In this document: positions 30,839-41,900 of the stretch, piece after piece
Layout: every line of letters starts with the position of its first letter
Numbering within the stretch: the stretch's first letter is position 1
DNA from: Barthelona sp. PCE
Lineage: Eukaryota
Assembly: GCA_040285745.1 (NCBI GenBank)
Contig: JAUFOR010000005.1
Location: 558,001-622,000, forward strand
DNA length: 64,000 bases
Direction: 5' to 3'
Notes under the pieces: generated by a model
Databases searched by the model: none
What the model was told of the DNA's origin: nothing
Seen by the model: the letters and a program-made list of their open reading frames with translations, nothing else
Translations under genes and position numbers: made by a program

Positions 30839-33121
30839 TTATTCATCAACAGGAACGAGCTCTACATCAATTCCTTCCAGTTCTAAATCCGATACAGAAT
30901 CTGAAATGTCATCCTCTCTCAACAACACTTCACCTTTGTAAACAGTTACCTTTTTGCCAAAAACAAAGACATAGGCCGTTAAAACTGCTGCTCCGATGAT
31001 AAGCAGCAGCACGGGGTTGACGCGGAGACCGGCAAAGATGTAAAGAATGAAGGAAACGATACCTGCCGAAACCGTGTACGGGATCTGCGTGCGAACGTGC
31101 TCAAAAGCAGTTGTTCCTGCAACGAGAGCCGAGAAGATGGACGTGTCTGAGAGGAGAGTCAACTGATTACCAAGGATCGATAACCCCATTGTGGCGGCAA
31201 CACTGGCAAGCAGCACCTCATCATTGGGGTTGGTTGTCTTTGCGAGGGCGAAACAGAAGGGGTACAGGAGTGCGAGGGTGGAGAAGACCGAGCCGCTGAA
31301 GCAGCCGATGCACGCTGCTAAAATTCCAACAGCAAACGGTAGCCACATGAGGGGTACGTCAAGATTTTGAGCGAGATACTGCGTTGTTCCGAGCTTTTTA
31401 ATGATATAACCGAGTGAAAAGGCACCAACGAGAGCGCAGAGAGGCTCAATAACAGTCTTGAATCCTGCGTAAATAATCTGGAAGGCGGAGTGAAAATCGA
31501 CCAATGAACGACGGAGAGCAATGCCAGTTGACAAGAGAAGACCGGTCGCTGACGCCCAAAGGATGGCAACGAAGGGGTCAGTATTTGCGAGGATGTCAAG
31601 GATGCCGTAGGTGTGCTTGCTCCCGTCCAACTCATCTCTAATTTCTGCAGCCTTGGCCGTCGCGTTCATGTCAGTATAGTATGTAAAGTCCTGCTCGAGC
31701 CCGTGGCGTGTCTCTGATATCTCAGTAACGCCCAGGTAAAGAATCGCAATAACTAAAACAAGGAAGAGTGTGACGACTGGCACCAAGGAATTTGTGATTG
31801 ATACTCGATTCAGCATTGCCCTGTCATTCTCGTTATCGGGATCAAGAATGGGCTCGGCCGCATGGGGGTTCTCACAGCCAATTTCCTGGTTGATGATTTG
31901 TGCAAGCTCTCGAAGATCCTGCAGATGTACGCCGCTTGCCTCGTTTTCATTCTCAGACAAGTCAGAAATGTCATCTTGCAGCTGCTCCTTGGGGATCAAG
32001 CTGGTCTGGATGGTCCCTATTCTCTTCTTAACCTTGTCCACAACGTGATCAGGTGCTTTTTGTTTGGTTTCAACAACACCATGAACACGGCAGTTTTCTT
32101 CAGCTGTGTACATGACACCGACGTCTCTTCCGGTAACGACTGTCAAGAAGCACAGGTAGAGGCTTAGAATAGAATAAAACGAGTATGGAATGGTCTTGAC
32201 AATAAAAACAATAGCATCGCTGTCGATACTTAATGTGGTCATCTCTACATCAATAAGGTTAGCTTGGAAACCGATCCAACTCGTTGCGATGAAGAGAGAA
32301 CAACAGGAAGCGCTGACTATGTCAATTACATAGGCGAGTTTAGCCGGTGATACTCTTTTTTTCTTGGTGACAAGAGACATAACGGAGCCTGTGATGAGAA
32401 TATTGCAGTAATCGTCGAAGAAGAGGAGAAGTCCGAGCAATAAAACTGCTAGAATTGTTCTTTTTGAATCTTTTGCGAATTTTGAGACAAAGCCTAATAA
32501 AGCGCTATTTGCAGCCGTACGACTGAGCATTCCGATAATAGACGCAAGAAGCATTGTAAAAATGAGAATGGCAGCGTTCTCTGGATCACCTAAAATTGAA
32601 GGGAAGAGACTGCCAATTGTGTTAAGGAATCCTTTGATGGGGTTGAACTTATAGATGAACGTTTCGGCAATGATTAGCGTAAAGAAAATACTGGGGAAGG
32701 TCTGCTTGGTGATGATTGCAAAGATGATGAGTAGAATAGGAGGGATAATGGTTAAAAACCCAGGAAGATTCCAGATTGTGGTTGATCGGCTCCCCAGTCC
32801 AGTAACAGTCACATCAACGTCGTTGGTGAACGAGAAGTCAGTTTTGACGTTACTGATTTCAATGGTATCAATGAACTGATAGTCATCATCGCAAAGTCTG
32901 AATGTGTGAGTGCTTGTGGATTTTTTTGCAAAAACCACCGTTGCGTTGCGATCAGCACAGCTTGTAGCGTCGAGAAAAGATCCGCTATGGCTGAATTTGA
33001 GATTTAAGGTGAACTTCACACCTGAGACGCTGCTTGTAGGGACATCCACGCCTATGAAATATATACCACTGCAGAGTACTGAAGGTACAAAGATTAGCAG
33101 TAAAAGGGCAAGTAGCTTCAT
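30839..33121 (-). CDS. NhaC-family Na+/H+ antiporter with signal peptide and N-terminal ectodomain
   Basis: FFDDYCN, LAYVID, SWIG, LSDTSIFSAL, HVRTQIPY; likely start MKLLALLLLIF at 33121. Confidence 0.85.
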   Translation of the reverse strand: MKLLALLLLIFVPSVLCSGIYFIGVDVPTSSVSGVKFTLNLKFSHSGSFLDATSCADRNATVVFAKKSTSTHTFRLCDDDYQFIDTIEISNVKTDFSFTNDVDVTVTGLGSRSTTIWNLPGFLTIIPPILLIIFAIITKQTFPSIFFTLIIAETFIYKFNPIKGFLNTIGSLFPSILGDPENAAILIFTMLLASIIGMLSRTAANSALLGFVSKFAKDSKRTILAVLLLGLLLFFDDYCNILITGSVMSLVTKKKRVSPAKLAYVIDIVSASCCSLFIATSWIGFQANLIDVEMTTLSIDSDAIVFIVKTIPYSFYSILSLYLCFLTVVTGRDVGVMYTAEENCRVHGVVETKQKAPDHVVDKVKKRIGTIQTSLIPKEQLQDDISDLSENENEASGVHLQDLRELAQIINQEIGCENPHAAEPILDPDNENDRAMLNRVSITNSLVPVVTLFLVLVIAILYLGVTEISETRHGLEQDFTYYTDMNATAKAAEIRDELDGSKHTYGILDILANTDPFVAILWASATGLLLSTGIALRRSLVDFHSAFQIIYAGFKTVIEPLCALVGAFSLGYIIKKLGTTQYLAQNLDVPLMWLPFAVGILAACIGCFSGSVFSTLALLYPFCFALAKTTNPNDEVLLASVAATMGLSILGNQLTLLSDTSIFSALVAGTTAFEHVRTQIPYTVSAGIVSFILYIFAGLRVNPVLLLIIGAAVLTAYVFVFGKKVTVYKGEVLLREDDISDSVSDLELEGIDVELVPVDE

Positions 33122-33638
33122 GGAAAAGGTAATATTTTCACAACAACTTTGACTTTGCAGATTGCTGTTTCTGGAGTGTGTAATTGGTATGTTATATCTG
33201 TTTAAAGTGAGATATTGGCTAATTAGTTCAACAAGATTCTCACCACAAAGAATTTTAATCACGTTCAAATCGAAGCCAACCGTTTGTAAACATCCATAAA
33301 TTCGGTATTTTGTGGTCATATATAAAATCTGAAAGGCAAAGTGTTTCTTCAGATTTTTTTTTTCCATTTCGTCCTCTTAGAGCTATTTTAAAGATGTCAG
33401 GATTCACTTATTCCCAAATTCTCATATTTTTGAACAATCAAAACCCAGATGTGATTGTTTTAGAGAGCCGGGTGTTTTTATGGTCCTTTTTACAAACAGG
33501 ATTTGTAGGTTAGAATACGGCATCAGTGCGGCATATTCGAAAAAGCTAGTAAAAAAGGGAAGATATTACTGAGTGAAGACTTTATTGGTATTACTTGATA
33601 TACAAGTTTACAACTCATTAAAAAAGGTACTATACATA

Positions 33639-34439
33639 TCACAGCGTGCCCAATTGTCGAACAATAGCAATGAATGCATTTTTCATATCTTCACTAATAT
33701 TAGATACGCGAAATTGAATATTACACGTTAAAAAGCATCTTCTTAATGTGATTGGAAGGTTCAATTCTTCAAGTACATGTGCAGCTTTGTATAATAACTG
33801 TACAACTCGATTACTTGGATCATTTTGAGTATCAATAACAATCTTCTGTTGTAATATTTGAGCAACAAATTCTCCACAAATGTAGTTTAAAATCAAGGAT
33901 CCTCTTTTAATCTCGATAGAAAGTTGATCCAGATCACCTTCTTGTTTAAAAAACGCATCAAGACCTACTGTAGTTTTAAGATCAGTAAGCTTAACAGCTA
34001 TACCAAAAAGACAATTAAGTTGCAATCTAAACTTTAAGGGCTCCATCCATTGAAAAAGAAAAGAACTTGAATCTGAAAAAAAGTACCCTTCAAGATTTAG
34101 ACAAGCATTTCGAACATCTAAAAAACTTGTAAAATCTGTCATTTTAGTTCTCTTGGCCAAAGAAGGGCTGGCGCTTATCGTCCGTTCACATATAAGTAAT
34201 GTGACAAACTCATTTGGTAAAGGAGCAACGATATTGACACCACTTTCTGTTAGTTCACGTGGTTGTTGTTCCAGGGCCGAAATAGGCACAGATATACACA
34301 CAGGGCAGTGAAAGTCGTACAAAGTACTGAGTATAAGTTGTAGTTCAACAAAATCAGAGATTGTTGTACCTATAAGCCCGAATTTGAGTGAATTTTCAGA
34401 GAAAGGGAAGTAAATTGAAGGTGCCCCGGTGTCTCTCAT
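33639..34439 (-). CDS. Hypothetical protein (266 aa)
   Basis: ATG-initiated intact ORF filling the space between genes; no motif recognised. Confidence 0.55.
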   Translation of the reverse strand: MRDTGAPSIYFPFSENSLKFGLIGTTISDFVELQLILSTLYDFHCPVCISVPISALEQQPRELTESGVNIVAPLPNEFVTLLICERTISASPSLAKRTKMTDFTSFLDVRNACLNLEGYFFSDSSSFLFQWMEPLKFRLQLNCLFGIAVKLTDLKTTVGLDAFFKQEGDLDQLSIEIKRGSLILNYICGEFVAQILQQKIVIDTQNDPSNRVVQLLYKAAHVLEELNLPITLRRCFLTCNIQFRVSNISEDMKNAFIAIVRQLGTL

Positions 34440-34550
34440 CGCATGATTGGACTTGTGTGTTGGTGGTTAAGTTAAGAAACTGTTCTACACTTTTTTTGTT
34501 TTTTACACTACCTTTTTAAGGTGCAATATTGATTATTTTTTGATAGACTC

Positions 34551-35465
34551 ATGGAAACGTGTCGGGCTACGATAGAGAGTGAGATAGAATCAATGAGTAT
34601 AATTGATTCAACTCTTTCTATCGATTTATCAACTACAAACAGTGAAATATGCACGGGGTTTGTTGTTCAAAACGCGTCAGGTCTGATATTTAACCTGAAA
34701 TTAGGTTTTACAGAAAATTATCCTTCAGAAGCTGCAATTTTAAAAAATATATCATGTTCTTTTATTGAGAACGACGAAGAAATGATGGAAACAGTGCGCA
34801 CTACTGTTGAGGAACGGATATCGTGGTCAAGTGGTTGTGTATTGATGAGTGTATATAGTTTTCTTGCTAATGAGATACATGATCAATTAAACTTCGATGC
34901 CCTTATCACACCTGATGCATATTCAGGGTTCTTTGATGAAAAAAAGGTTGAAGAAATCCAAGAACAAAATGATCCAACAGAATGTCCTTTTCCTTTATAT
35001 CGCACAGAAATATACACAGAAATGAAAAGCACGTTCCAGACACTCGTTGTTCCCATTCAAACTGTCGTTGAAAGTGAAATATTCATGGACTGGCTGATGC
35101 ATTTCAAGGAGTTCCAAAATTCCACACATAATATGCAAGCAGGTAGGTTATTCAACGCAGAGACGAACGACTATGAGACATGGACAGATGAAGATGGTGA
35201 AAAAGGTGCTGGTGGGTCACTGAACGTCGCCATAGAATTCGGGGGGTACTATAACTGTTTTTGTGTAGTAGCTCGATGGTTTGGCGGTGTTCTCATGGGT
35301 CCCCGCCGCTTTAACGTGATAACGATGATGACCAAGAATGGGTTGAAGGAGGCAGCTGAGGCAGGTATCATTCCGCTTCCGATTCGCAAGCAACAGCAAC
35401 AGCAACAGCAGCAAGTTCAGCCACAGGCTCGGAATCGGAGGAAGCAACGTTCTCGGAAACGGTAG
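34551..35465 (+). CDS. IMPACT: IMPACT/Yih1 (RWD + ancient UPF0029 domain)
   Basis: RWD-like YPSE segment, KSTFQ, STHNMQA, DEDGEKGAGG, VVARWFGGVLMGPRRF. Confidence 0.88.
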   Translation: METCRATIESEIESMSIIDSTLSIDLSTTNSEICTGFVVQNASGLIFNLKLGFTENYPSEAAILKNISCSFIENDEEMMETVRTTVEERISWSSGCVLMSVYSFLANEIHDQLNFDALITPDAYSGFFDEKKVEEIQEQNDPTECPFPLYRTEIYTEMKSTFQTLVVPIQTVVESEIFMDWLMHFKEFQNSTHNMQAGRLFNAETNDYETWTDEDGEKGAGGSLNVAIEFGGYYNCFCVVARWFGGVLMGPRRFNVITMMTKNGLKEAAEAGIIPLPIRKQQQQQQQQVQPQARNRRKQRSRKR

Positions 35466-35826
35466 CTTCCTGCTTAACATTTCTTGCACGGTGAAACATG
35501 AACCTACGCCAGAAAAGCTGGCGGGACATCTCACCATGTTGAGCCACTACATATTCGTATAAAACGGAAATCTCATCGTTACTCAATAAATCAGCAATTT
35601 CTTCATAGTCAAGCTCTACATCTTTGTTAAACTCTTCAAACTCATCTCTGCTCTGCAAAAAGACCTCATCGTCCCCAAGATACAACAATCTTGCGTCATT
35701 GTTGAAATTCTCTTCTTTAGGTGTATCTTGTGTTTCATCTGTAGTGTTCTCATCCTTTAGGTCTTTAACGAAGCCCTTCACTTCTCTCTTCACCGCAAGA
35801 GCGGCTCTTTTCAAGTGTTTCAACAT
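35368..35826 (-). CDS. BSD-domain protein
   Basis: ISVLYEYVVAQHGEMSRQLFWRRFMF (FW-containing BSD motif). Confidence 0.6.
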   Translation of the reverse strand: MLKHLKRAALAVKREVKGFVKDLKDENTTDETQDTPKEENFNNDARLLYLGDDEVFLQSRDEFEEFNKDVELDYEEIADLLSNDEISVLYEYVVAQHGEMSRQLFWRRFMFHRARNVKQEATVSENVASSDSEPVAELAAVAVAVACESEAE

Positions 35827-35992
35827 ATTTATGTAAAAGCGACTGTTCGGACTTTCAGCGTTATTTCAGTCTCTGTGCAAGCTGAGCCAGTGCCTTTACA
35901 ACGTGTGACTGCACGTGACATACTGTCAATAAAGCTAAAACCTCCTTCTTCGTTTTTTTCTCTTTTTCTTAAGTATTAAAAACATAGACCAA

Positions 35993-36760
35993 ATGGATAC
36001 CGCTAAAACTGGTAGTGCCGGTCAAAAATCTGGTTTCAAGGGTGCTTTCAACAACCGCCGTCGTCGTCCTCGCGGACCTCGTAAGTTCGGTGGTGAGAAG
36101 TGGACCCCCACCACTAAGCTTGGTCGTCTCGTGCAGGCTGGTAAGATTACCACCATCGAGGAGATCTATCTCCATTCTATTCCCATCAAGGAATGCCGTA
36201 TCGTCGAAGAGCTCCTTAAGGACAAGCTCGAGGATCAGCTCATGAAGCTTATGTCTGTCCAAAAGCAGACCCGTGCCGGTCAGCGTACTTCCCTCAAGGC
36301 TTTTGTTCTTGTTGGTGATCGTGATGGTCACGTCGGTCTTGGTGTCAAGTCTTCCCGTGAAGCTGCTCTCGCCATCCGTGCTGCCGTCAACATTGCTAAG
36401 ATGAACATCATCCCCGTTCGTCGTGGTTACTGGGGTTCTAGAATCGGTAAGCCTCACACTGTTCCTTGTAAGGTCACTGGTAAGTGTGGTTCTGTTTCTA
36501 TCCGTCTCATCCCCGCTCCCCGTGGTACTGGTATTGTTGCTTCCCGTATTCCCAAGAAGGTTCTTGAGCTCGCTGGTTTCGATGATGTCTTCACTTCATC
36601 AATTGGTCACACCCGTACTCTTGGTAACTTCATCAAGGCTACTGTTAACGCCTGTGAGAAGACTTATCAGTTCCTTACCCCCGATCTCTGGGGTGAGGCT
36701 CCCGTCACTGATGATCCACGTGATGTCCACGCTGATCTCTGCGCCGCCCCTGCCAAGTAA
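35993..36760 (+). CDS. RPS2: 40S ribosomal protein S2 (uS5)
   Basis: [46 protein letters not shown]. Confidence 0.98.
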   Translation: MDTAKTGSAGQKSGFKGAFNNRRRRPRGPRKFGGEKWTPTTKLGRLVQAGKITTIEEIYLHSIPIKECRIVEELLKDKLEDQLMKLMSVQKQTRAGQRTSLKAFVLVGDRDGHVGLGVKSSREAALAIRAAVNIAKMNIIPVRRGYWGSRIGKPHTVPCKVTGKCGSVSIRLIPAPRGTGIVASRIPKKVLELAGFDDVFTSSIGHTRTLGNFIKATVNACEKTYQFLTPDLWGEAPVTDDPRDVHADLCAAPAK

Positions 36761-36829
36761 TTGGTTCCTTAGGCAATGAAATAAAATCGGTTACATTGTT
36801 TCTTGAATTTCTTCCATTTTCTTTATTAT

Positions 36830-38899
36830 ATGGATAATTTAACTGAAGAACAGGTGCCAACCCCCCTCGTCGAGGAGGTGGAGGATGAAAATGTTGCTCC
36901 TGCACAAACACAAGGACAATACGCACCAAGTTTTGTATCATATTCAGCAATGTCAGATAGTTCCTTTGCTATGTCGTTCACATCGGAGCTATTTGGGTCG
37001 GAATGGTCGTTAGATGCTAAATCAGAGAGACATGACAGGACAGCACCAGCTTCTGAGTCAGATTTAACGGAAGATGAACGGGAAGGCTCAGAAGTGGGTT
37101 TCACCGTTGAGGCAGCAGCCATTGAGCATCACGAAATAACAGAAGAGGATCTTGAAAAAGTTGTTCAGCTGACCTTGAGCGAGTCCGATATTCAAACTAT
37201 TTTACATATTCCCATGAACTTATATTCAACAGAGGACAAGGAGCGCCTGGTCCGCATCACTGATAACAATGAGCGGTACGAGAAAAAGCGTGAGGAATAC
37301 AGCAATGCACCGGACTTATTAGAAGAGGGCTGCGTTCAGACAATGACCAATCCTCTCATCGACGAGGGCAACCAGACGGCGGCCGTGAAGACGGTGGAGC
37401 GTGGTAAACAGGTCAACGAGTATGACTTGTATGTCAGTGAAATTGGCGGTGTCAGTCGTGAAGAAGTAGCTGCACGTATTGTTAAAGAACGTACTAAACG
37501 TCGTAGGGCGGCGCTGTCTGGAGGAAACACACTGGATGAGGATGAAGAAGTCGTTATGGATGCTGAATGGGAATACATAAAAGGGTTAGAATCCTTCAAA
37601 GATAATTTGAATATCTTTGAGAATATCATCTCTTCCAACTACTACCGCCGTCTCGCCACCAACATGCAGTCTTTCAACCCAGAATATATTAATGAGCACG
37701 GTGAAGTGACGACAGTTCCATCATGTGAACCACTGTTTACTTTGAAGGTTGATACTATCAAGGAGAAGCTGGAGGGGTGCCACTGTGAGACTACCGCCAT
37801 CATGTTCAACCCTGCAAACCCCAACCTGTTTGCGCAAGCATTGGGAACGGAGGCAGTCACAGATGACTCAACAGGTTACGTTGTTTTATGGAACTTACGT
37901 AATTTGCTTTACCCTGAGCGTATCTTCAGGTTTCCGTCCAGTGTGTTTTCTATTGATTTTTCCAAGGACAGACCATATCTCTTGTGTGTTGGTCTTAGCA
38001 ATGGTACTGTCACCGTCATTGATATCAGAACAGGTGTTGAGGCATTCACAACAGCCAATGACGCTGATAGGTGCACGTGGCCGGTGTGGTCAGTGCACTT
38101 TTTGAACGCAAAGGATAAGGATCCCTGCATATTATTCAGTTCAGGCGGAAAGTCTTATCTGTACTACTACCTCAAGGCACGTGTGCTTGAGAACATGACA
38201 TTCAAGATCACGTTCAACCCTAAGCGTGCAGAGAAGAAGCAAGACGGTTTCATATCAAGACTAGTTGACATTTTCACAATAGATGTTTTGGAAAATGATA
38301 ACACCACTTATATAGCTGGTACCTCTGGTGGTATCATCCACGAGTGCTCTATCAACTATAACGAGCAGTTTTTGTCAAGCTTCTATGGTCATACGGAACC
38401 TGTGTATAAGGTTAAATACTCATCTTTAACTCCTAATTACTTTGTATCATGTGCAGAAGATTGGAGCATTAGGGTTTGGAACAGCGGAAATAGTGAGAAT
38501 ATGGCTGTGCTTAATAGTATCAACACCCAAGCTAAATCTGCTGTGTTGGATGTTGAATGGTGTCCTATCTATGCAGGTTTGTTGGCATCGTGTACTGCAA
38601 ACGGGTTCTTGGAATTCTGGGATTTATCACAACCAATTAGTGTTCCTGTTTTCTCGGACCGTCATCCGCAGAGCATGAGTAAGGTTCGTTTCACACGTGT
38701 TGTGTTCAATGGATCTTATCCCATCCTGATGGCGGGTGACTCTGTTGGTAATCTGCACTGTTATAAGCTCAAGGGCGTTGAGGATCGTCGGGAGTACTAT
38801 AAGACACCTGAAAATCTTGATATTGTTGAGGAAAAGATGGCAACAGCATTGAAGAATGCCATGCAGTCAGGTATCAACGCCAGCACAACTTCATTTTAG
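36830..38899 (+). CDS. WD40 axonemal dynein intermediate chain (WDR78/DNAI4-like)
   Basis: VQLTLSESDIQTILHIP, VQTMTN, VLWNLRNLLYPER, IHECSINYNEQFLSSFYGHTEPVYKV, GDSVG. Confidence 0.78.
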   Translation: MDNLTEEQVPTPLVEEVEDENVAPAQTQGQYAPSFVSYSAMSDSSFAMSFTSELFGSEWSLDAKSERHDRTAPASESDLTEDEREGSEVGFTVEAAAIEHHEITEEDLEKVVQLTLSESDIQTILHIPMNLYSTEDKERLVRITDNNERYEKKREEYSNAPDLLEEGCVQTMTNPLIDEGNQTAAVKTVERGKQVNEYDLYVSEIGGVSREEVAARIVKERTKRRRAALSGGNTLDEDEEVVMDAEWEYIKGLESFKDNLNIFENIISSNYYRRLATNMQSFNPEYINEHGEVTTVPSCEPLFTLKVDTIKEKLEGCHCETTAIMFNPANPNLFAQALGTEAVTDDSTGYVVLWNLRNLLYPERIFRFPSSVFSIDFSKDRPYLLCVGLSNGTVTVIDIRTGVEAFTTANDADRCTWPVWSVHFLNAKDKDPCILFSSGGKSYLYYYLKARVLENMTFKITFNPKRAEKKQDGFISRLVDIFTIDVLENDNTTYIAGTSGGIIHECSINYNEQFLSSFYGHTEPVYKVKYSSLTPNYFVSCAEDWSIRVWNSGNSENMAVLNSINTQAKSAVLDVEWCPIYAGLLASCTANGFLEFWDLSQPISVPVFSDRHPQSMSKVRFTRVVFNGSYPILMAGDSVGNLHCYKLKGVEDRREYYKTPENLDIVEEKMATALKNAMQSGINASTTSF

Positions 38900-38989
38900 A
38901 AGCGTATGTAAATTAAATGATTCAGAAACTTTTGTTAAATTGTTTATTAACTTATTCATTCATTTTTCTCGTATGAACAGTGAGAAGTA

Positions 38990-41900
38990 ATGAAAGGGCT
39001 TGCATTTAAGTCACAGAAATTGGATTATGAATTGCCGACTACAGGCAAGAAAATTATTACTTTCTGCGAAACGATAGCGTGTATTACAGAGACTACAGTA
39101 GTCATACACGACGGGAACAGGTCCGCTATTGTACAATTTACGGATGTGGTTGAAGACGCAATATTTGTTTTGTGTGATCCACCCATTGATGGAGATTTAT
39201 TCAATTCTCTTGTTCTTGTTGTGCTGTGCTCCACAGGACAGCTCTATTTTGTGATTCTAAATGATTATGTGACGAAGTATAATGATTCCCTGATTAACTG
39301 GTTTCTCAATATTGAAGAAGACAATCTCTTTAAGTTTGAGGAAGAATCGCTCTCAATCAACGAAACCAACATGTCATTACGTGTTTTTACAATCACAACA
39401 GGGTTATTAAGCATGATCCAGTTGATAGCTCCACATCACGCGAATTGTTTCGTTTTTGCAACGCTTGTACAGCTGGAAACGGGCGTGAAGCTCGTCTTTG
39501 GTAAGCTGTTTCTCCGTAGCACTGGCCTGTTACCGTTCAGATGCTCACAACTAACGGTAGCTCAGGATTTCCGCATGGCAGTTGCTAATAATACAGTATT
39601 TGTTGTTTCAAATAACCAGCTTCATGTAGTTCCGCTGGTTGAGCACAACAGCGGTAAGAAGGTTATCGACCTTCCAACTGGTAACTATAACAGCATTGTT
39701 GCCGACGTGTACGGTACGTATGTGTATTTGACATCGGCGAACACAGTTCTCAGGCTTTTGATGTCGAAGACACTCAAGATCGCCCAGAACGGGCTGGCGG
39801 AGGAGCTTCCTCTACCGACAAACGACGATGTTGTGCAATCGCTGAGCTACATCGCCAGTGCAGTTGATATTCCGCAGGTTCCACTGGATGGTATCTCCCA
39901 GCTGCCAGCCCACTCTTACATTACTGGAGCTGCGGCGCAGAAGCCACAGAAGGAGTGGAAGACGCTGTTCAACGTCGAGCCATTTGATTCACTTTACTGC
40001 ATGCTCGATGGATCATTTGTGTTGCAGGGCAGGTATCTGAGTTGCTACAGCTCGGAATCAGCAGCCCCATTCGTCTTTGGAGCGACGCCACAGTTGACTC
40101 TCATTCAATCAATGCCATTCCCTCATCAGAACTTGTCTTTCTTCTGCTTTTCGGACGGGTACGTGTATGACGTCGTCACAGATGTCACTGTCGACCAGGT
40201 GTTAGCCACAATGGACACTGAAAACGTCATTGAGGTCTTGCGCTTCAACGATTGGGACATGCAGCCATTTATTGACTCTGTGATACGGTCCGCCAAAGTG
40301 TACGGCGTTGTTGTCTTGCTTGATCTGCTTGGCTGCCCGAACGTAACAGACGAGGTTGTATCATTGATTGTAATAGAGCTGAAGAAGTTATTCAAAGTAT
40401 ACAAACGTTCTTTTGTTAAGGGAAAGGTTGATAAGACGCTGGAACAGCTTTTGTTCTCAACTGAGCTGTGCAGGACTCTTCTCTCGTTGCGTTCTGAGGT
40501 TACAAAGGATGATGTTTTAGATTACTTGAATAAGGTCAGCGAAATGGATTATGCCAGGAATCAAGAATCTATTCAGCAGTTTTCGGTACAAAAGCCAGAT
40601 GAAGAGGAGCAGGGGACCGAATACATTAGGAAATTAGAGCAATTAAATGGATTTTTGGAGCAAATAGAAACCCTTAGTGTCTTGCAGTTCCCGTCTTCTA
40701 ATCTTACTGAACTACTAAAATCGCTCCCAGAGGCGCAATTACTAAAAGGATACCAGCGTCTGTTCAGGCAGTATGACGTTTTCTCCATTGATCATTCTTT
40801 GTTTTACACTGAGATTGGCATCAAGAGAACACAAGAGATTTTCTTCTACATGCTACTCGGGTTTATGTTCGAGAACCAGGTCGATAAGGCACGGGATCTC
40901 ATCAAAAAAACTGGATTTTCTTCAGATTTTGTTCATTTTATTTATCTAAACACATCTTTAGAGGCGGTGCGTAAAGTTTGTTTGGAATTGATTGGAGACA
41001 ACGACGAATTCCCACCCATGGTGTTGAAGAAAGATGTCGTTGTTCTGAATAACAGACTAGCGCTGAAATTTTATTCTGAAAGTGAACCGTTGTTGAGCGA
41101 ATTTACTGATCAAATGTCTCGTGTAGACGTCCTATATGGCCTGTTTCACCGAGGTTTCCTTGATTCAAAAGAGTTGTTTGCCAAATTGGATGATGTCGTT
41201 AATGTTGACACCCTTCGTGTACTTAAATACATACAGGGGGAGAGCAAATCGTTTACAGCCGCGTTCCAGGAGTACGTGACAGAAAAGCACGGGAAGGAAT
41301 CGGTGCGGTGTAAGGTTATTGATTCGTATCTTCATCCTAATGCACCGAGTCATTGGTTGCGTGCCAGCACAGAATTTGAGGAGCTCTTGGTAGCATTTAT
41401 GACAAACAGCACATATAGAAATGCACCGGCGTTATATCGCATTTACTTAGGCGATTTTAGCACTTCTTCCCAACAAGTTCAATTTTATGTCAGTCATCTT
41501 TTCTCCGCAGGTCAGTCATCTGCTGTTTTTGACATCCAGCCTTACCATTATTTGCTCCAGTTCCGCCCACATGCCGCGTTTCAGGTCTGCAACGATTTTT
41601 CAGAACTACAGTTATTGGAGTTGATTCTTGAATTCGAGGCACATGACGACAGGACCATGTACTACTTCCTCTGCGTGTTGCTGATGTACAGGTCCCTGCA
41701 GCTAGAGGACACAGACCAACGAAACATAACTCTCTTCAACCACAGAATTGTCTTGACTTGTTTGCTCGGAAGGTCCTTCCTTTCAATTTTGGATACGTCA
41801 GATTACCTCGCTCAGCTGAGGGAGCTCCTATCAACAGTACAGCATGGTGAGTTGTTGTCTCATGAGTTTTTGCAATACCAGCCCTTTTATTGGCACTGTG

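Noticed and set aside
33122-33367. 82-aa N-terminal extension of the NhaC ORF (also the TTG/GTG starts in the ORF track)
   Set aside because: Eukaryotic context; a clear signal peptide begins at ATG 33121
35891-35900. TGCCTTTAC resembling U5 snRNA loop I
   Set aside because: Only three U's (the invariant loop is GCCUUUUAC); no closing stem or Sm site
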